Assembly: GCA_039714075.1 (NCBI GenBank)
Contig: JBDLKA010000063.1
Coordinates: forward strand, 1 to 20,491
DNA from: Candidatus Krumholzibacteriota bacterium
GTDB taxonomy: Bacteria; Krumholzibacteriota; Krumholzibacteriia; LZORAL124-64-63
Reading direction: 5' to 3'
DNA length: 20,491 nucleotides
Position 1 is the stretch's first letter. Every line of letters starts with the position of its first letter. The translations under genes and the position numbers were made by a program. The notes under the pieces are model-generated. The model searched no databases, was not told the origin of the DNA, and saw only the letters and a program-made list of their open reading frames with translations. Below, piece after piece: positions 16,219-20,491 of the stretch.

Positions 16219-17022
16219 ATGTGGTTTTTCAGGTCACAATACCGGCGGGCAGCCCGGCCCGTCGGTCCGCTACTGATTTTGGCCGCCGCGTTGCTGGTTT
16301 CCGGTTGCGCGCCGCAGCTGGACCGGATCGAGGTTTCGGTTCAGGACAACCGGGACGAGATCTCGCAGTTGCAGGCCGAGAACAAGCGGATGCTCCAGGA
16401 GGTGCAGGCCCTCGGCCAACTCCTGAGGATGGACCGGGACGCCGGTGATGAGTCTTCTGCCATGCGCCTGGCCAAGCTCTCCCAGGTGGCCACCCGCCTG
16501 GACCAGCTCATGCGCAAGCTGGACGACAACGCCGAATACATGAGGGATCTTTCCGCGCGGGTCGACCTGTTGGCCACCCGGTCGGGGATTCCCACCCTGG
16601 GAGAGTACAAGGCTCCCAGCACCGACAGCGTGGAAATGGAAACCCTGCCCGAGGAGGGCCGCTCCATTTTCGAAATGGCGGAGCTGGACCGCAACCGGGG
16701 CAACATCGAGCTGGCCAAATCGGGGTTCCAGGATTTCCTTTCCAAGTACGAGAACTCCGAGTTGTCGGACGACGCGCTGTACTGGCTGGGGGATCTTTCC
16801 TACGGCCAGGGTGATGATGCGGCCGCTTTGAGTTATTTTGAAGACATGCTGGCCCGTTTTCCCGGCAGTGACCGGTCTTCGGCGGCTCTTTACAAGTCGC
16901 GATCCTGCCTGATGAACCTCGGGCGCGAAAGCGATGCCGAGGCCATGGGAGCAGCGTTGTTGGAGAAATACCCTGATTCCACGGAAGCGGCGCTTTTGCA
17001 GGCCGAATCCGGGGGAGAATGA
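16219..17022 (+). CDS. cpoB: CpoB/YbgF-like coiled-coil + TPR protein with a lipobox
   Basis: Follows pal; LVSGC lipobox, heptad-rich N-terminal half, TPR motifs (FLSKYENS..SDDALYWLG, FPGS, YPDSTEA). Confidence 0.85.
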   Translation: MWFFRSQYRRAARPVGPLLILAAALLVSGCAPQLDRIEVSVQDNRDEISQLQAENKRMLQEVQALGQLLRMDRDAGDESSAMRLAKLSQVATRLDQLMRKLDDNAEYMRDLSARVDLLATRSGIPTLGEYKAPSTDSVEMETLPEEGRSIFEMAELDRNRGNIELAKSGFQDFLSKYENSELSDDALYWLGDLSYGQGDDAAALSYFEDMLARFPGSDRSSAALYKSRSCLMNLGRESDAEAMGAALLEKYPDSTEAALLQAESGGE

Positions 17023-17080
17023 TTTCGGGGGAAAATCATTTAGCGCGGAACCTTTCCGCGCACGGCAAGGAGAAATCGAG

Positions 17081-17410
17081 GTGCCGAAGTTTCCCGTTCT
17101 CAAGATGGCCCGTGGCCTGTCCCAGGTGTTTCGTCCCGTCGAGGTGACCAACATCGACGACGATCATCACGCCTTCATTGTCCGCTACAGCGGGGACTAC
17201 ATCGTCCATTCCCACGACAAGGATGAATTCGTCTACATCCTGGAAGGGTCCCTGGTCGTGGAGATGGACGGCAGGGAAGTGGAGGTGCGCCAGGGGGAAG
17301 CCTTCCTGGTTCCCGCCGGCACCCTGCACCGGCCCCGCTGCAAGAACATGGCCCTCGGGCTGGTGGTCGAAACCCGGGGCTTGCAGAAGCAGATGGATCC
17401 CCAGGTCTGA
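17081..17410 (+). CDS. Small cupin-domain protein
   Basis: HSHDKDEFVYILEG and GEAFLVPAGTLHRP cupin metal motifs; GTG 17081 follows AAGGAG at 17067-17072. Confidence 0.85.
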   Translation: MPKFPVLKMARGLSQVFRPVEVTNIDDDHHAFIVRYSGDYIVHSHDKDEFVYILEGSLVVEMDGREVEVRQGEAFLVPAGTLHRPRCKNMALGLVVETRGLQKQMDPQV

Positions 17411-17425
17411 CCTGGACCCAGGCAC

Positions 17426-17458
17426 AAAAAAGGGCGGCCGACGGGCCGCCCTTTTTTT
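17426..17458. terminator. Bidirectional intrinsic terminator
   Basis: AAAAAA-GGGCGGCC-GACG-GGCCGCCC-TTTTTTT between the convergent cupin and fbp genes. Confidence 0.92.
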
Positions 17459-17487
17459 GTCCCGATTTTGTCCCGAGTTTGTTCGGA
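17455..17487. repeat. 11-bp tandem repeat (two exact copies plus one degenerate)
   Basis: TTTTGTCCCGA TTTTGTCCCGA GTTTGTTCGGA. Confidence 0.7.
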
Positions 17488-17495
17488 AACCTGCC

Positions 17496-18560
17496 TCAGA
17501 TTGCCCCGGGCCCCTCGCTGATCATCTTTTCGATCCACAGTACGTCGCCCCGGCTGCCGATGTAGAGCGGCACCCTCATGTGCAGGTCGTCCGGAACGAC
17601 GTCCAGGATGGATCCGTTGCCGTCGCTGGCGTAGCCGCCCGCGTTCTCGACGATCATGGCCAGCGGCGCGGCTTCGCACATCAGCCGGAGCTTGCCCTGG
17701 GGGTGCTTGGTCGTGGGGGGGTAGAGGTACACTCCGCCGTACAGGAGGTTGCGGTGGAAGTCGGCCACCAGCGAACCGATGTACCGCGACGACATGCCCG
17801 CCCCTTCGGTGGGGGCGTCGCCGCGGGTGGTCTTATGCGCATCCCGGCCGTACTTGAGCTGGCGCAGGACCTCCCTCACCTGGGGACTCCACTTGGGCTC
17901 GTAGGCTTCGTTCACGGAATAGATCTTCCCGGTGAAGGGAGTGGTGATGTTTTCGTGGCTGAGCAGGAACTCGCCGATGGCCGGATCCAGCGTAAAACCG
18001 TGGACCCCGCTGCCGGCCGTGTAGACGAACATGGTGCTGGACCCGTAGATGATGTACCCGGCGGCCACCAGTTCGGACCCGGGCTGCAGCAGGTCGTCCT
18101 GGTTGACGCTGGCCAGTTGGGACTTCCTTTTCCAGATCCCGAAAATGGTCCCCACCGAAACGTTGGCCTCGATGTTGGAACTGCCGTCAAGCGGATCGAA
18201 CACCACGATGTATTTGCCGGTGCCCTGGCTTGTGTCGGCGAAAATGGGGTCGGCCACTTCCTCGCTGCCCATGATGCAGACCTGCCCGCGGCGGCCCAGG
18301 CATTTCAGGAACACGTTATTGGCGAAACTGTCCAGCTTCTGGACCACCTCGCCCTGGATGTTCTCTTCGTCGGTGGCGCCCAGGATGTCCTCGACCAGAC
18401 CGGCCTTGGTGACGTCCCGGCTGACGACCTTGGCAGCGAACGAGATGTCGTTCAAAAGACTGGTGAAATCGCCGCTGGCGCTCGGGTGCAGCCGCTGCAG
18501 GTCAAGGACGTGGGATTCGATGGTTTGCAGATTCCTGGGAGCCATGGTCATTTCGGGCAT
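17496..18560 (-). CDS. fbp: Class I fructose-1,6-bisphosphatase
   Basis: VQKLD, SEE, FDPLDGSSNI...VGTIFGI, YSVNE, RYIGSLVADFHRNLLYGG and GKLRL motifs. Start is ambiguous among three nearby Met codons. Confidence 0.95.
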   Translation of the reverse strand: MPEMTMAPRNLQTIESHVLDLQRLHPSASGDFTSLLNDISFAAKVVSRDVTKAGLVEDILGATDEENIQGEVVQKLDSFANNVFLKCLGRRGQVCIMGSEEVADPIFADTSQGTGKYIVVFDPLDGSSNIEANVSVGTIFGIWKRKSQLASVNQDDLLQPGSELVAAGYIIYGSSTMFVYTAGSGVHGFTLDPAIGEFLLSHENITTPFTGKIYSVNEAYEPKWSPQVREVLRQLKYGRDAHKTTRGDAPTEGAGMSSRYIGSLVADFHRNLLYGGVYLYPPTTKHPQGKLRLMCEAAPLAMIVENAGGYASDGNGSILDVVPDDLHMRVPLYIGSRGDVLWIEKMISEGPGAI

Positions 18561-18616
18561 CCTCGGCAGCGCCGCAAGGGCGAGTGGACTGGGTCATGGA
18601 TACGGGGTTTGTCAAC

Positions 18617-18644
18617 ATAGTAACAGCATGTGGGATCCCCACAA
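18617..18644 (-). promoter_or_regulatory. Putative extended -10 promoter for fbp
   Basis: Minus strand reads TTGTGG-N16-TACTAT with a TGn extension (TGTTACTAT), about 55 nt upstream of the fbp start. Confidence 0.4.
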
Positions 18645-18743
18645 CGATTCTCTTGCTTTGGCCCCTTTTGTTTGCCATCGTGGCGGCAGAAAATCCCTGC
18701 GCCACAGTGCGATTCTGACCAGACCTGTTCGGAAGGAAATACC

Positions 18744-20384
18744 ATGTCCGAAGCCATGTTCGACGTTCCGTTTCCCGAAAACGAGCCTGTTCTGGGGTAC
18801 CTCGAAGGATCCCCTGAAAAGAAGGAATTGAAGGCCGCGCTGAAGAAGATGGCCGGCGAGAAGATCGACATTCCCATGGTCATCGACGGCCAGGAAGTGC
18901 GCACGGGCAACCTGGCGGACTGCGTGATGCCCCACAAGCACAGCCACAAGCTGGGCCAGTACCACAAGGGCGGGGAAAAAGAGGTCAAGATGGCCATCAA
19001 GGCCGCCCAGAAGGCCAAGAAGGGCTGGGCGGCGACTCCGTTCCAGCACCGGGCGGCCATCCTGCTGAAGGCGGGCGAGCTTCTGGCCGGCCGGTACCGT
19101 CAGGTGCTCAACGCCGCGACCATGCTCGGGCAGAGCAAGAATCCCCTGCAGGCCGAAATCGACAGCGCCTGCGAACTGATCGATTTCTGGCGCTTCAACC
19201 CCCATTACGGGGCACAGATCCTGAGCGAGCAGCCGGACAGCTCCCCGGGCATGTGGAACATGCTCGAGCAGCGGCCACTGGACGGCTTCGTCTTCGCCGT
19301 CAGCCCGTTCAACTTCACCAGCATCGCCGGCAACCTGACCACCGCGCCCGCCCTGATGGGCAACACTGTGGTCTGGAAACCCGCTTCCAGTTCCGTGTTC
19401 TCCGGCCACTACATCATGGAGATCCTGAAGGAAGCCGGCATGCCCGACGGGGTGATCAACTTCGTGCCCGGCAGCGGCGGCCAGATCGGCAACCCGGTCA
19501 TGGCCAGCAGCGACCTGGCCGGCGTTCATTTCACCGGCAGCACCCAGGTTTTCCAGGGCATGTGGAAGCAGATCGGCACCAACATCCACAACTACGGCTG
19601 CTACCCGCGGATCGTGGGGGAGACCGGCGGCAAGGATTTCATCTTCGCCCATCCCAGCGCCGATGTGGACGCCCTGGTCACCGCCATGGTGCGGGGCGCC
19701 TTCGAATACCAGGGACAGAAGTGCAGCGCCGCCAGCCGGGCCTACATCCCGGAGAACCTGTGGAAAGAGGTCCGCAAGAAGCTGACCGACATGATCGCCA
19801 CGATCGCCATGGGCGACGTGACCGATTTCCGGACCTTCATGGGCGCGGTGATCGACCAGAGCGCCTTCGACAGCATCAGCGGCTACATCAAGCGCGCGCG
19901 CAGCAAGGCGGCCAAGGGTCGGGCCCGGATCATCGCCGGCGGCAAGTGCGACGATTCGAAGGGTTACTTCATCGAGCCGACGGTGATCCTGGCGGATGAC
20001 CCAATGTACGAGAGCATGGTCGAGGAGATCTTCGGTCCCGTGCTGACGGTCCACGTCTACAAGGAAAAGGATCTGCTGAAGACCCTGCGCCTGTGCGACA
20101 AATCCTCGGCCTACGCCCTGACCGGCGCCATCTTTGCCCAGGATCGCATGGCCCTGATCAAGATGAAGGAAGAGTTGGAGGGCACCGCGGGCAACTTCTA
20201 CCTGAACGACAAGCCGACCGGCGCGGTGGTGGGGCAGCAGCCCTTCGGCGGCAGCCGGGCTTCGGGTACCAACGACAAGGCGGGAAGCTACCTGAACCTG
20301 ATCCGCTGGACGAGTCCGCGGACGGTGAAGGAAACATTTGACCCGCCCCGGGATTATCCGTACCCATATATGTCCAACCGATAA
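18744..20384 (+). CDS. pruA: L-glutamate gamma-semialdehyde (P5C) dehydrogenase, monofunctional
   Basis: NEPV, QAEIDSACELIDFWRFN, SPFNFTSI, HFTGS, GETGGKDF, FEYQGQKCSA (catalytic Cys), EEIFGP and GQQPFGGSRASGTNDK motifs; ATG 18744 follows AAGGA. Confidence 0.93.
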   Translation: MSEAMFDVPFPENEPVLGYLEGSPEKKELKAALKKMAGEKIDIPMVIDGQEVRTGNLADCVMPHKHSHKLGQYHKGGEKEVKMAIKAAQKAKKGWAATPFQHRAAILLKAGELLAGRYRQVLNAATMLGQSKNPLQAEIDSACELIDFWRFNPHYGAQILSEQPDSSPGMWNMLEQRPLDGFVFAVSPFNFTSIAGNLTTAPALMGNTVVWKPASSSVFSGHYIMEILKEAGMPDGVINFVPGSGGQIGNPVMASSDLAGVHFTGSTQVFQGMWKQIGTNIHNYGCYPRIVGETGGKDFIFAHPSADVDALVTAMVRGAFEYQGQKCSAASRAYIPENLWKEVRKKLTDMIATIAMGDVTDFRTFMGAVIDQSAFDSISGYIKRARSKAAKGRARIIAGGKCDDSKGYFIEPTVILADDPMYESMVEEIFGPVLTVHVYKEKDLLKTLRLCDKSSAYALTGAIFAQDRMALIKMKEELEGTAGNFYLNDKPTGAVVGQQPFGGSRASGTNDKAGSYLNLIRWTSPRTVKETFDPPRDYPYPYMSNR

Positions 20385-20432
20385 GGATGCATTGGAGTTT
20401 AGGCTCCTGCCCTGTCGGATGGGTGAGCAAGG

Positions 20433-20466
20433 GAGGGACGGCTGGAGAGCCGTCCCTCATTTTTTT
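20433..20466 (+). terminator. Intrinsic terminator after pruA
   Basis: GAGGGACGGCT-GGAG-AGCCGTCCCTC (11-bp stem) followed by ATTTTTTT. Confidence 0.9.
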
Positions 20467-20491
20467 GCCGTGGAGGGGGAAGGGGGTTGGG

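Noticed and set aside
18610..18615. Perfect TTGACA on the minus strand upstream of fbp
   Set aside because: No -10 hexamer 16-18 nt downstream; an extended -10 further upstream fits better.
18659..18675. TGGC...TTGC sigma54-like motif before pruA
   Set aside because: The GG-to-GC spacing is 12 nt, not the required 10.
1837..20054. Long antisense or alternative-frame ORFs (e.g. 1837-3198, 2720-4129, 5816-7450, 9001-10167, 14085-15107, 17178-18620, 18612-20054)
   Set aside because: They overlap well-supported genes, show no recognisable motifs, and are expected shadow ORFs in high-GC DNA.

Overview
GC-rich, gene-dense bacterial chromosomal window with no mobile element, CRISPR array, tRNA or rRNA that I can see. 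The LpxC-FabZ fusion together with bacillithiol genes suggests an FCB-group or related diderm lineage (inference). The + strand carries, in order: a lipid A operon (lpxD partial, fused lpxC-fabZ, lpxA, lpxB, DUF374/LpxJ-like acyltransferase, lpxK); nadB; a compact four-gene cluster of SAM methyltransferase, bshC, bshB and bshA; a TIGR04138-like conserved small protein with its own sigma70-like promoter; a complete tol-pal locus (tolQ, tolR, tolA/TonB-like, tolB, pal, cpoB); and a cupin gene. A bidirectional terminator follows, then a class I fructose-1,6-bisphosphatase (- strand) divergent from a stand-alone P5C dehydrogenase (pruA). The most notable system is the methyltransferase-bshC-bshB-bshA cluster. 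It looks like a self-contained operon for a methylated bacillithiol (N-methyl-BSH-like) with a divergent BshC, overlapping nadB and downstream of the lipid A genes, which draw on the same UDP-GlcNAc precursor. All family calls come from motif recognition, not database searches.
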